From Pirellulales bacterium (GTDB lineage Bacteria > Planctomycetota > Planctomycetia > Pirellulales > JAICIG01), in NCBI GenBank assembly GCA_040901675.1, contig JBBDYJ010000030.1, positions 14,324-78,323 of the forward strand: DNA of 64,000 bases. Direction: 5' to 3'. The position numbers and the translations under genes were made by a program. Shown here one piece after another: positions 50,022 through 59,202 of the stretch (the stretch's first letter is position 1; each line of letters opens with the position of its first letter). The notes under the pieces were generated by a model. The model was not told the origin of the DNA. It ran no database searches and saw nothing but the letters and a program-made list of their open reading frames with translations.

Positions 50022-50872
50022 TTACCGCCTTCCCTTTCAAGTAGAGAGACAACCTCATCGCCTTCTCCTTCGGGAAGTGTACCGATTAGATGACTCGACC
50101 GTCAATCAAGTCCCACCGTGCAGGGCCCAGCCGTCAGCCTGTCCCCGCCGCGTTGTGGGCAAGGCCGCGCCGGTTCAGAGACCCGTCTTGGCGACTGCTA
50201 GGGCTGGCGCACCGCCTCGATCTCAGCCAAATGGTTCCGAGGGACTTGTTCGTTGGCCGCGTCCAGCATGCGGCTACAATGCCGGAATGCCGGAACCTGC
50301 CGAAAAAACTGACGTGCCGCGGCCGCATCCGAGCCGACGCGAGCCGCTGAGCCCGATGTACACGGACGTGCGGTGTCGTCAGCTAGAAGGCCGGTGGTCC
50401 GCCCCAGACCGTAAACCGACGCAACGATCCGCGGGGTGCACTTCGTGACGAGGCGGATCATCGTATCTGGTCCCTCGATCCGTTGTTCTGGAACTCGAAC
50501 GAGGACCGATGCTGAGACATCGGTCTACGACGGGTTTTTTGGGGGGACCGTTCCCAGGGCTTACGCACCTGGGCTATTGACTGCCGCCCAACTTCGTGGG
50601 CTGAAAGCACGGACGGAGGACGGAGGCACGACAAGGCGATCCGCCGGAACCGGACTTGCAGCAGGGAAACAAGGGGGAACGGGGAAGACGGCCAGAACTC
50701 TGGCGACAAGAAGCGGAAGGCGGACCTGCGGCAGGGAGAGACCGGAGGCTGGAGGCCTGCGGAATACGGGGGACGAAGACTGGGGCACGCTAGCGCTTTG
50801 ACACCAAGCACCCGGCGAGGAGGAAAGAGGAATCGACAAGGCGACCAGGCGACAAAGGCGACAAGGGGAATG

Positions 50873-50896
50873 AAACGGAATGAGATTCCGTTCTAC
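50873..50896 (-). repeat. REP-like family B copy
   Basis: AAACGGAATGAGATTCCGTTCTAC; contains the stop codon of the adjacent gene. Confidence 0.8.
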
Positions 50897-52845
50897 GTTT
50901 CGAGCTCCGGAAGGCCGACGAAATAATCGAGCGATTCGGGATTGGCTAGCGCTTCCCGGTTGCGGATGGGAAGGCCGTGGATCATGTCGCGGACGGCCAA
51001 CTCGACAGTCTTGCCGCTCTTGGTGCGGGGGACGTCGGCCACCGCCAGGATCTTGGCGGGCACGTGCCGCGGACTGGCGCCCGCGCGAATCTGCTCCTTG
51101 ATCCGCGCCTTCAATGGCTCGTCCAGCGCCAGGCCGGGCCGCAGCTTCACGAACAGCACCACCCGCACGTCGCCCTGCCATTGCTGGGCCACGGCCACGC
51201 TCTCCAACACCTCGGCGAGCTTTTCCACCTGGCGGTAGATTTCGCTGGTGCCGATCCGTACGCCGCCTGGGTTGAGCACGGCGTCGGAGCGGCCGTGGAA
51301 GATCATGCCGTCGTGCTCGGTCAGCTCCACGTAGTCGCCATGCCGCCACACGCCGGGAAAATGCTCGAAGTAGGCCGCCTGGTACTTCGCGCCGTCGGGG
51401 TCGTTCCAGAAACCGATCGGCATCGAGGGAAAGGGGGCGGTGCAGACCAGCTCGCCCCGCTCGCCCCGCACGCTGTGGCCTTGCTCGTTGTAGACCTCGA
51501 CCTTCATCCCCAGCCCGCGCGTCTGCAACTCGCCGCGATAGACCGGGCCGATCGGGTTGCCCAAGGCAAAGCAGGAAATCAAGTCGGTCCCGCCCGAAAT
51601 GGACGACAACGAGACGTCTGGCTTCACCTGCTGGTAAACGTAGTCGAAGCTCTCCGGAGCCAGCGGCGAGCCGGTGGACAGAATGGTCCGCAGCGCGGCG
51701 AGGCCGTGCGACCGCCGCGGCAGCAACCCTTCTTTCTGAATGGCCGACAGGTAACGGGCGCTCGTGCCCAGCACGCTGATCCGCTCCGCGTCGGCCATGT
51801 CGAACAGCCTGGCGGGCGTGGGATGAAACGGCGAGCCGTCGTACAGCACCACCGTGGCGCCGACTGCCAGGCTGCTGGCCAGCCAGTTCCACATCATCCA
51901 GCCGGTCGTGGTGAAGTAGAAGATCACGTCGTCACGCTTCAAGTCGGTGTGCAGCACCAGCTCCTTCAGATGCTGCAACAGCGTGCCGCCCGCGCCGTGC
52001 ACGATGCACTTGGGGCAGCCGGTAGTGCCCGACGAGTAGAGGATGTACAGCGGATGATCGAACGGGAGCTGGGCAAACTCCAGCGGACCGCCGCCGGCCT
52101 CGTCCAGCGCCTGGCCCAGCAGCACGGCCTGCCGGATGCCGGACAAGGGCGGATCGGGCCGCGTGTAAGGCACGACCAGCACCCGCTCGATGCTCTCGAT
52201 CCGCTCGACGATCTGGCCCAGCCGCGGCAGCATGTCGAACGTCCGGCCCTGGTAGGTGTAGCCGTCGGCGGCCACCAGCACCTTGGGCGAGATCTGTCCG
52301 AAACGGTCCACCACCCCCTCGACGCCGAAATCGGGCGAGGTGGAAGTCCACATGGCGCCCAGGCTGGCGGCCGCCAGCATGGCCACCAGGGCCTCGGGCA
52401 TGTTAGGCAGCCAACCGGCCACGCGGTCGCCGGGGCGGATACCGGTTGACTTGAGCCAGGCGGCCAGCCGCCGGACCTCGTCATGAAGTTGGCCGTAGGT
52501 CAGTGAGCGCTGATGGCCGGCCTCGTTCCAGAACACGACGGCGCGGCGCTCGTCGCGGTACCGCAACAAGTTTTCGGCAAAGTTCAGCCGGGCGCCGTCG
52601 AACCAGAGCGCGCCCGGCATGCGGTCGCCATCGACCAGCACCGATTCCCCATGGCGGCCGGCCGTAACCGAGCAAAACGACCAGACCTCCGGCCAGAATT
52701 CTTGGGGCTGGCCGATGGACCACTCGTAGAGCGAGCGGAAGTCCGAGAGCCCGGCCTGGTGCCGATCGTTGACGGCGGCGATGAAGGCGGCCGCGTTGGC
52801 CGCGGCGACTCGATCGGCCGGCGGGGTCCACATCAGCTCCGACAT
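50893..52845 (-). CDS. acetoacetate--CoA ligase
   Basis: [53 protein letters not shown]. Confidence 0.93.
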   Translation of the reverse strand: MSELMWTPPADRVAAANAAAFIAAVNDRHQAGLSDFRSLYEWSIGQPQEFWPEVWSFCSVTAGRHGESVLVDGDRMPGALWFDGARLNFAENLLRYRDERRAVVFWNEAGHQRSLTYGQLHDEVRRLAAWLKSTGIRPGDRVAGWLPNMPEALVAMLAAASLGAMWTSTSPDFGVEGVVDRFGQISPKVLVAADGYTYQGRTFDMLPRLGQIVERIESIERVLVVPYTRPDPPLSGIRQAVLLGQALDEAGGGPLEFAQLPFDHPLYILYSSGTTGCPKCIVHGAGGTLLQHLKELVLHTDLKRDDVIFYFTTTGWMMWNWLASSLAVGATVVLYDGSPFHPTPARLFDMADAERISVLGTSARYLSAIQKEGLLPRRSHGLAALRTILSTGSPLAPESFDYVYQQVKPDVSLSSISGGTDLISCFALGNPIGPVYRGELQTRGLGMKVEVYNEQGHSVRGERGELVCTAPFPSMPIGFWNDPDGAKYQAAYFEHFPGVWRHGDYVELTEHDGMIFHGRSDAVLNPGGVRIGTSEIYRQVEKLAEVLESVAVAQQWQGDVRVVLFVKLRPGLALDEPLKARIKEQIRAGASPRHVPAKILAVADVPRTKSGKTVELAVRDMIHGLPIRNREALANPESLDYFVGLPELET

Positions 52846-52858
52846 GACGCACGTCCGT

Positions 52859-53422
52859 TCAATCGCGCCCCACGCCCAGTGCATCGGCCACGCGGTTGAT
52901 GTAGTTGAACCAGGCGGCAATCAACGTGATCTGCAAAATGCCCTTGTCGTCCCAGCCCGCCGCGCGGAGCCGCTCATGGTGCTGGGGAGTAATCCGCGTG
53001 GCATCCTTGGTCAACTGTACGGCGTAGTCGAGCATGGCCCGCTCCTGGGCCGTGATCGGGGCCTGCGCGTAGTCGCTCACCAGGGCCTCGACCAAGGCCT
53101 CGTCCAACGTGACCCGACGCAGAAACTCTGCGTGCGAGTCGAGTCAGTATTTGCAGCGGTTGGCCGCCGAGACGACCGTGGTGATCATCTCGTGCTGCCG
53201 CCGCGACAGGGGCAGCTCGGGCGACAACAGCGTGCCGAACGTGCTGAAGGCGTGCAGCAGTGCGTCGGGAATGAGGCTGTGCGAGGCGACGACGCCGGCC
53301 GTCTCCGCGTCGGCCGGATGCGTGCTGACCGCGTACTCGGGCGGGTACATCGAGCGTTGCGCCTCGATCGCCTTGCGCACCCGCTCGTCGTCGGCCGGCG
53401 GCACTGTCTTGATCCACGTCAT
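52859..53422 (-). CDS. AhpD/carboxymuconolactone decarboxylase-family peroxidase-related selenoprotein (CxxU)
   Basis: ...[22 protein letters not shown]...[18 protein letters not shown] at 53144-53146 occupies the second Cys of CxxC. Confidence 0.88.
53111..53143 (-). promoter_or_regulatory. bacterial SECIS-like hairpin
   Basis: GACUCG-C-ACGCAGA-GUU-UCUGCGU-CGGGUC directly after UGA. Confidence 0.8.
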
Positions 53423-53574
53423 CAGGAGGTTCCCAGTCACGGTTTTCAGTTGTCCAGCAACAGGGCCGCAGCCGCGCGGCGCACGACGCAAGCCCGGCTG
53501 AGGCCCCTTGCAGTTTACAGAGTTTCAGCGAGGCGGCGCCATCCGAAAACTGGGAACCGGGAACCTGGTCTCGC

Positions 53575-53853
53575 TCAGAAACCGAACCAGAGGGAGACTG
53601 CGGGGCGATCGTAGTGCCGCCGCGAGTGATAGTGCCGGCCCGGCGGGTGATAATAATGGCGGCGGGGGCCGTAGTAGCCATACGGCCGATAGATGGGTGG
53701 CGGCGGCGGAGCGTAGTACACGACCGGCGGCTCGTAGTAGTAGGCCGGCGGACCGTAGCTCTCGATCGAAAAGCCCCAACGATCATGGGCCGAGGCCGGC
53801 CCGGCCAGAAGCGCCAAAGCAACCAGAACACCGAAACATCCCTGCCTGCTCAT
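53575..53853 (-). CDS. small secreted Pro/Tyr/His-rich protein
   Basis: AAGGAGG RBS, signal peptide, YYxPPP repeats, terminal FGF. Confidence 0.7.
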   Translation of the reverse strand: MSRQGCFGVLVALALLAGPASAHDRWGFSIESYGPPAYYYEPPVVYYAPPPPPIYRPYGYYGPRRHYYHPPGRHYHSRRHYDRPAVSLWFGF

Positions 53854-54094
53854 CCGTTCCTCCTTGAGCGTAAAGTGACTGGTCAATCGGCCGCTTGGCC
53901 GCGGGGCGTAACTATAGCGTCTTTATCGTCATCCGGAGAAGGGCGACTTCGAAGGCAGAAGGCAGAAGGCAGAAGGAGGAGGTCGTCGGCCGTGGAAGAC
54001 AACTGTCGCCCACTTCGGGGCTAAGACAGGGGTGTTTTGGTTCGGCAACCGGGGGCGGCGGCCCGAATTCTGGCGCTCTCCGGCTACGAAGGGG

Positions 54095-55525
54095 CTAGAG
54101 GAGCAGGTCGCGGATGGGGGAGCCGGTGGCCACCACCATCGGGCGGCCCTGAACATCCTGGAGCGTCTGATGGGGCGGCAAGCCGAGGCAATGATAGGCA
54201 GTGGCGACCAGGTCGGCCGGCGCCACCGGGTTGGAGGCGGGATAGGCCGCCTGGCGGTCCGAGCTGCCATAGACCTGCCCGCCGCGGATGCCGCCGCCGG
54301 CCAAAACGGCGCTAAAGCAACCGGGCCAATGATCGCGGCCGTCCGCCCCGGCGCCGGCGTCGCTGTTGACCTGGCCCACCCGCGGCGTGCGGCCGAATTC
54401 GCCGGTCCACACGACCAGCGTTTCGTCCAGCAGGCCTCGCTCGCCCAGGTCGTCCAGCAGCGCGGAGAATGCCACGTCGGCCGGCGGCATCAGCCGCTCG
54501 CGCAGGTCGATGAAGTTGCGGCTGTGAGTGTCCCAGTAGACGCTGACGTTCTTGATCCCCTCGCTCGGCCAGAACACGGTGACCAGCGGCACGCCGCGCT
54601 CGACCAGGCGGCGGGCCTGCAACACGCTCTGGCCGTGAGGATTGCGGCCGTAGCGATCGCGGACCTCGGCGGGCTCCTGGTCGAGGTCGAACGCGCCGGC
54701 CCCGGCGGCCGAGCCGAGCAGGTCGAAGGCCCGCTGATAGTAATGGTCCATCACGGCCATTGCCGAGTCGCCACTGCCGGCCTTCAACTGCCGATTGACG
54801 TCGTTGAGCAGGGCCTGCCGATTGTCGAGCCTTGCAACCGTCACCTCGGGCGGCAAGGAAAAATCAGCGACGTGGTAACTGGCATGACTGGGGTCGGCGT
54901 CGATCGTGAGCGGGTTGTAGGCCTGACCTAGCCAGCCGGCAAACTGGCCGTGGCTCTGTTCGACGAACCGCGGCACGTCGTTTTCCTTGTGCGGCTTGGG
55001 ACGCATCGAAACGAAGGGGGGGAGCATTCCCCGGCCGCGGCCCAGCCGCGCCAGCACCGACCCGACGTGGGGCCAGTCCTTGCTCAAATCGTCGATCGGA
55101 GGCGGTGGCTGGCCGGTCAGCAGGAAGTGCGTGCTCGTCAAGTGGTTGACGTCGGTGTGCGTGAGCGAACGTACGATGGCCAGCTTGCCGGTCCGCTGGG
55201 CCAAGAGCGGAAAATGTTCGCCGATCTGGATGCCGGGCACCGATGTGCTGATCGGTTTGAACTCGCCCCGGATTTCCGCGGGGGCGTCGGGCTTGAGATC
55301 CCAGGTGTCCTGGTGTGCCGGCCCGCCCCACATGAACAGCAGGATGCACGATTTGGCCCGGCCGAAGCCTGGTCCGCCCTCGGCCTGGCGCCCGGCCGCT
55401 TCGGCGTGGGCTTTGCCGGAGAGCAAGTCCGGCAGGCCCAGGCCCAGCAGGCCGAGCGATCCGGCGCGCAGCACTTCCCGCCGAGTGGGACGCCGCGAGA
55501 GCAAAAAGTCAGGACACGCCGCCAC
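54095..55525 (-). CDS. DUF1501 family protein
   Basis: TRREVL, AKSCILLFMWGGP, GEFGRTP, GRDHW. Confidence 0.92.
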   Translation of the reverse strand: MAACPDFLLSRRPTRREVLRAGSLGLLGLGLPDLLSGKAHAEAAGRQAEGGPGFGRAKSCILLFMWGGPAHQDTWDLKPDAPAEIRGEFKPISTSVPGIQIGEHFPLLAQRTGKLAIVRSLTHTDVNHLTSTHFLLTGQPPPPIDDLSKDWPHVGSVLARLGRGRGMLPPFVSMRPKPHKENDVPRFVEQSHGQFAGWLGQAYNPLTIDADPSHASYHVADFSLPPEVTVARLDNRQALLNDVNRQLKAGSGDSAMAVMDHYYQRAFDLLGSAAGAGAFDLDQEPAEVRDRYGRNPHGQSVLQARRLVERGVPLVTVFWPSEGIKNVSVYWDTHSRNFIDLRERLMPPADVAFSALLDDLGERGLLDETLVVWTGEFGRTPRVGQVNSDAGAGADGRDHWPGCFSAVLAGGGIRGGQVYGSSDRQAAYPASNPVAPADLVATAYHCLGLPPHQTLQDVQGRPMVVATGSPIRDLLL

Positions 55526-55755
55526 GTTTCACCATTCTTGAACTCGTGCAGCAAACAACGCGGGTGGGCGGGACAGGCCAACTTACAAAGTATACCAATG
55601 GCGGGCCGCCGGATGTACCCCCGGCGATGGCCGAATCGAGACGCCTCGCCGGACGGCTTGCCGCGCCGCTTCTTGGCGGGCCGAAACGGGACGCTATATT
55701 CACTTGGTCATTTCATCGGCAAACCCCAACCGCAATCACCGAGCGAGCGTATCGG

Positions 55756-56610
55756 ATGGCCGACCAGCCCCAGCCAGACGCGGACCTTCCAGCCAGGCGG
55801 ATGCTGCTGCAAAAGCTGGAAAGCCTTCAGCGGGCGGGCGTCACGCACTTGCCCCGCTGGCCCCGCGGCGGGGGCGAGGCTGCCGCTGCCAGGCCGCCGG
55901 GCCCTGCCCGAGCCGCACCCGACCCACCGTCGGGCGCAACCGCAGCCTCGCCGCCTTCGTCGCCGGAGCACCGGCCTGGCCAGCGCCAGATCAGGCTCGA
56001 TGTCCCGCTGCCGCTCTTGCCGCCCGGCGAGCGCGCGGCCGAGCTGGAAGCGATTCGCCTCCAGGTGGCCGCCTGCACGCGGTGCGAGGTCCTTTGTGCA
56101 GGCCGCACGCAGACGGTGTTCGGCGTTGGCGATCCAGAGGCGCGGCTCTGCTTTCTGGGCGAGGCGCCGGGCGCCGACGAAGACCGCCAGGGGGAGCCGT
56201 TCGTGGGGCGCGCGGGGCAGTTGCTCAACAAGATCATCGAGGCCTGCACGCTGTCGCGCGAGCAGGTCTACATTCTCAACACGCTCAAGTGCCGCCCGCC
56301 GGACAACCGCAATCCGCTGGAGGACGAATTGGCCAATTGCCGCGAGTTCCTCGATGGGCAGTTGCGAATCATCCAGCCGCAGTTCATCTGCTGCCTGGGC
56401 GCGGTGGCGGCCCAGGCGCTGCTGGGCACCACGGCATCGATCGGGCGGCTGCGGAAGCGATTTCACGACTACCGGGGCAGCCGCGTGATCTGCACCTACC
56501 ACCCGGCCTACCTCTTGCGCAATCCGTCGGCCAAGAAGGACGTGTGGGAAGACATGCAGATGCTGATGCAGGCCATGGGGTTGACCGTGGCGGCGCGCGC
56601 CGAGAGCTGA
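55756..56610 (+). CDS. uracil-DNA glycosylase family 4 (Fe-S)
   Basis: CTRC, GEAPG, PFVGRAG, KCRPP, YHPAYLLR. Confidence 0.93.
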   Translation: MADQPQPDADLPARRMLLQKLESLQRAGVTHLPRWPRGGGEAAAARPPGPARAAPDPPSGATAASPPSSPEHRPGQRQIRLDVPLPLLPPGERAAELEAIRLQVAACTRCEVLCAGRTQTVFGVGDPEARLCFLGEAPGADEDRQGEPFVGRAGQLLNKIIEACTLSREQVYILNTLKCRPPDNRNPLEDELANCREFLDGQLRIIQPQFICCLGAVAAQALLGTTASIGRLRKRFHDYRGSRVICTYHPAYLLRNPSAKKDVWEDMQMLMQAMGLTVAARAES

Positions 56611-56615
56611 ACCAT

Positions 56616-56706
56616 GTTCGCAGCGACCCCATGGACGGGGTTCGTTGTAGTGACCCCATTTATGGAGTCCGTTCGTAGTGACCCCATTTATGGAGTCCGT
56701 TCGTAG
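56616..56706 (+). repeat. tandem ~28-bp REP-like units (family A variant)
   Basis: GTTCGTAGTGACCCCATTTATGGAGTCC, about three copies between convergent genes. Confidence 0.85.
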
Positions 56707-56724
56707 GACGGGTCCGGACCTGGT

Positions 56725-58245
56725 TCAGGCGGCGACGGTGGGTGGCAGCAGCCGGGCCACGACGGCGAGGAACTGCTTGAGCTTGATCGGCATCGTCAGC
56801 ACCACGCGATGTTCCGACAGATGCTCGCGGACCTTCGATTTCCAGTCGCGGTGGCTGGCATCGAGCAGCAGCACGGCCGGGATATGGCTGGTCTGTTCGC
56901 TGGCGGCAAACTCGCTGAATGCCTCCAGGGCGGGCTCGCCGAGACGGCTGGTGCTGAACACGACGCATTCGGCCGGTTTCTTGTCGTCGAGAAAGCGGCT
57001 CAAGGCGCGCTGCGGGTCGCTGGTGACCAGCACCCGGTAACCTGCCTTCTTCAAAGCGCCGCGAAACAGGTCCTGCAGCTTTGCGTTCGACTCGACGAAC
57101 ATCAGCCCCCGGCCGGCGCTCCGGCCGGCCAGGGCGCTCGCCACGCGCTCCCGTTCGACCTGCCACCGCTCCGGATCGGCAGCGACGGGGTCTTCTTCCG
57201 GCACGGCGGCCGCGTCGTCGCCGGCCGCCAGCCGATCCGCCACGATCGCCAGGTCCACCAGTAACTGGGCCGGCGTTTGATGGCGGCGAAGAGGATCCAG
57301 GTGCATGGCCTGATTGATCACGGCCGCCGCGACGCGCGGCACCGAGGGATCGGCCTGGTGGATCGGCACCACCTCGACGAACCGCGAGCGGGACAGCCGT
57401 TGGATGCGGTCGCGCGTTTCGAACAAGGGAGGCCTGCCCACCAGCATGTGATAGTACATACAGCCCATGAAGTACAAGTCGCTGCGGGCGTCGTCCTTGC
57501 GGACGCCGGTGGCCCGCTCGAGCCCCGCGTAGTCGATGGTCCGCTGATTCAAGGCATCGGCCAGGCTGGCGTCGCTCAGGGCGCTGTCGGTGGCCGCCAG
57601 ACCGAAGTCGACCAGCTTGGCCTGCCCCTTGCTCGAAATCAGAATGTTCGTGAGCTTCAGGTCGCGGTGCAGGACGCCGTGCTCCGCGGCGTATTTCAGA
57701 CCGCTGGTCACGTCGATCATCAGCCGCGTGGCTTCCACCGGGTCCAGCTTCTTGCGGGCCTTGAGAAACTCCCTCAGGTTGCGGCCCTCGACGAACTCCA
57801 TCACGAGGAAATGAGTCGCGGCTTTGGAATAGACCTCGAACACCGGCACGATATTGGGGTGCCGCAGCTTCATGCCGACCATGCCCTCGCGGCAGAAGTG
57901 CTCCGTTTGCTCCGGTTCGTGACTGTAGCGCTTCCGCAGGACTTTCAGCGCCCGGATCACTCCGGTGTCCTTGTGCAAGGCCCGGTACACGCGGGCAAAG
58001 CTGCCCCCGGCGACCATGTACAGCACCTTGTAGTCGCCATAAAAGTAACCGCTGCGATCCCCCTTGAGCATCCGATCGAGCTGGAAATTGGTCATCAGCT
58101 CGCGGCGCAGCACAAACTGCACAAACTGCTCGGCGGGCACGCTCCGCCGGCCGAAGTGGCCCCAGATCTCGTTAAGCTGGCGCTCGTCCAAAATGTCGAG
58201 GTCGAACGCGAGCTGAGCAATCTGTTCAGCAGTCAGCTCGGGCAT
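56725..58245 (-). CDS. Ser/Thr protein kinase with C-terminal receiver-like domain
   Basis: GGSFARVY, ALKVL, HRDLK, DFG; C-terminal MFVES...MPIK. Confidence 0.88.
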   Translation of the reverse strand: MPELTAEQIAQLAFDLDILDERQLNEIWGHFGRRSVPAEQFVQFVLRRELMTNFQLDRMLKGDRSGYFYGDYKVLYMVAGGSFARVYRALHKDTGVIRALKVLRKRYSHEPEQTEHFCREGMVGMKLRHPNIVPVFEVYSKAATHFLVMEFVEGRNLREFLKARKKLDPVEATRLMIDVTSGLKYAAEHGVLHRDLKLTNILISSKGQAKLVDFGLAATDSALSDASLADALNQRTIDYAGLERATGVRKDDARSDLYFMGCMYYHMLVGRPPLFETRDRIQRLSRSRFVEVVPIHQADPSVPRVAAAVINQAMHLDPLRRHQTPAQLLVDLAIVADRLAAGDDAAAVPEEDPVAADPERWQVERERVASALAGRSAGRGLMFVESNAKLQDLFRGALKKAGYRVLVTSDPQRALSRFLDDKKPAECVVFSTSRLGEPALEAFSEFAASEQTSHIPAVLLLDASHRDWKSKVREHLSEHRVVLTMPIKLKQFLAVVARLLPPTVAA

Positions 58246-58446
58246 GACGCACGCTTCCCCTTCCGCTTCCGATGGCCCAGGCTTGCCGCGCATCGGCTGG
58301 CATGACGCTGCCGCCGGCCAGGCAGACACTGGACCCGAACAGCCTCTTCCAAGCCCCACTGCTCCCAGAACGCCATGGTATGCCAGTCGGGCGAGGGCCG
58401 CAAACGCATTGCCGCCCTTGAGGGCTCGTCCGCGTCCGGAGTCCCA

Positions 58447-58557
58447 TGAACGGTTAATGCGGCCGGGGACGAAGATGCTGCCCCGTAACGTACATCGGTT
58501 GACGTAGCAAAAGTCGTCGTGAACGGTTAATACGGCCGGGGACGAAGATGCTGCCCC
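58447..58557. repeat. two 38-bp direct repeats separated by 35 bp
   Basis: TGAACGGTTAAT(G/A)CGGCCGGGGACGAAGATGCTGCCCC at 58447 and 58520. Confidence 0.9.
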
Positions 58558-58569
58558 CCGCTGGAAGGC

Positions 58570-58854
58570 CTACGATGTCTGGTCCAACCGGCGGCGGTAG
58601 TCGTCGCGCTCGCGGCGGGTGGCCTCGAGGTCGAACAGCAAGTACTTCATGTCGAGCCGCAGTTGGCTCAGGGCGTCCTGCACCAGGTTCAATATCCGCC
58701 GCCGACGCCGCGTGCTCTCCACCACCCGCAGCACGATCGGGTCGATCCTCTGCCGAATCTCGCTGGGCAGCGCCGCCAACTCCGTCGTCAGTTCAACCAG
58801 GTCCTGGGGAAGCTCTTCGCTGGACGAATGAATTTGGCGGGTGGTCTGGCTCAT
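58570..58854 (-). CDS. small conserved planctomycete coiled-coil protein
   Basis: RRRRRILNLVQDALSQLRLDMKYLLFDLEATRRERD. Confidence 0.8.
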   Translation of the reverse strand: MSQTTRQIHSSSEELPQDLVELTTELAALPSEIRQRIDPIVLRVVESTRRRRRILNLVQDALSQLRLDMKYLLFDLEATRRERDDYRRRLDQTS

Positions 58855-59202
58855 GAGGGGGCTGCTCCGGGGAGTAATCGGCGACCGCAGGCCCAATGCC
58901 TGCACAACCACGCCGCGATGCGGGTCGATAGCCCTTCTAGAGCAGACTGCGTGCCGCCCTGCAAGCAGCGGCCCGGGATTCGACGGCAAGTTTTTTCCAG
59001 CAAATAAGTTGCGAAGCCAGACCGCTCCGCTGCCCCAGCCGCAAACCCAGCGCAAAAACGCCACATTAGCTCTGGAGGAAAATCGCAAATCTTGATACAA
59101 GGCCAGTTTACGAAAAATCGGACGGCAACGCGGCCGCGTGCTGTTTTCGCCACGCCGATTGCAGCCGCATTCATCAAGGCAAGGATGCAGAGTGGCTTCC
59201 GG

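Noticed and set aside
50022..50870. Long intergenic region as an ncRNA or hidden gene
   Set aside because: Only short palindromes and low-complexity GGCGACAA-type repeats; no convincing ORF or RNA family recognised
48831..53422. Alternative genetic code (UGA=Trp/Gly) as the explanation for the in-frame TGAs
   Set aside because: Many clear genes in the window end in TGA at their expected C-termini
56616..56706. 28-bp repeats as a CRISPR array
   Set aside because: No unique spacers; they match the dispersed REP-like family
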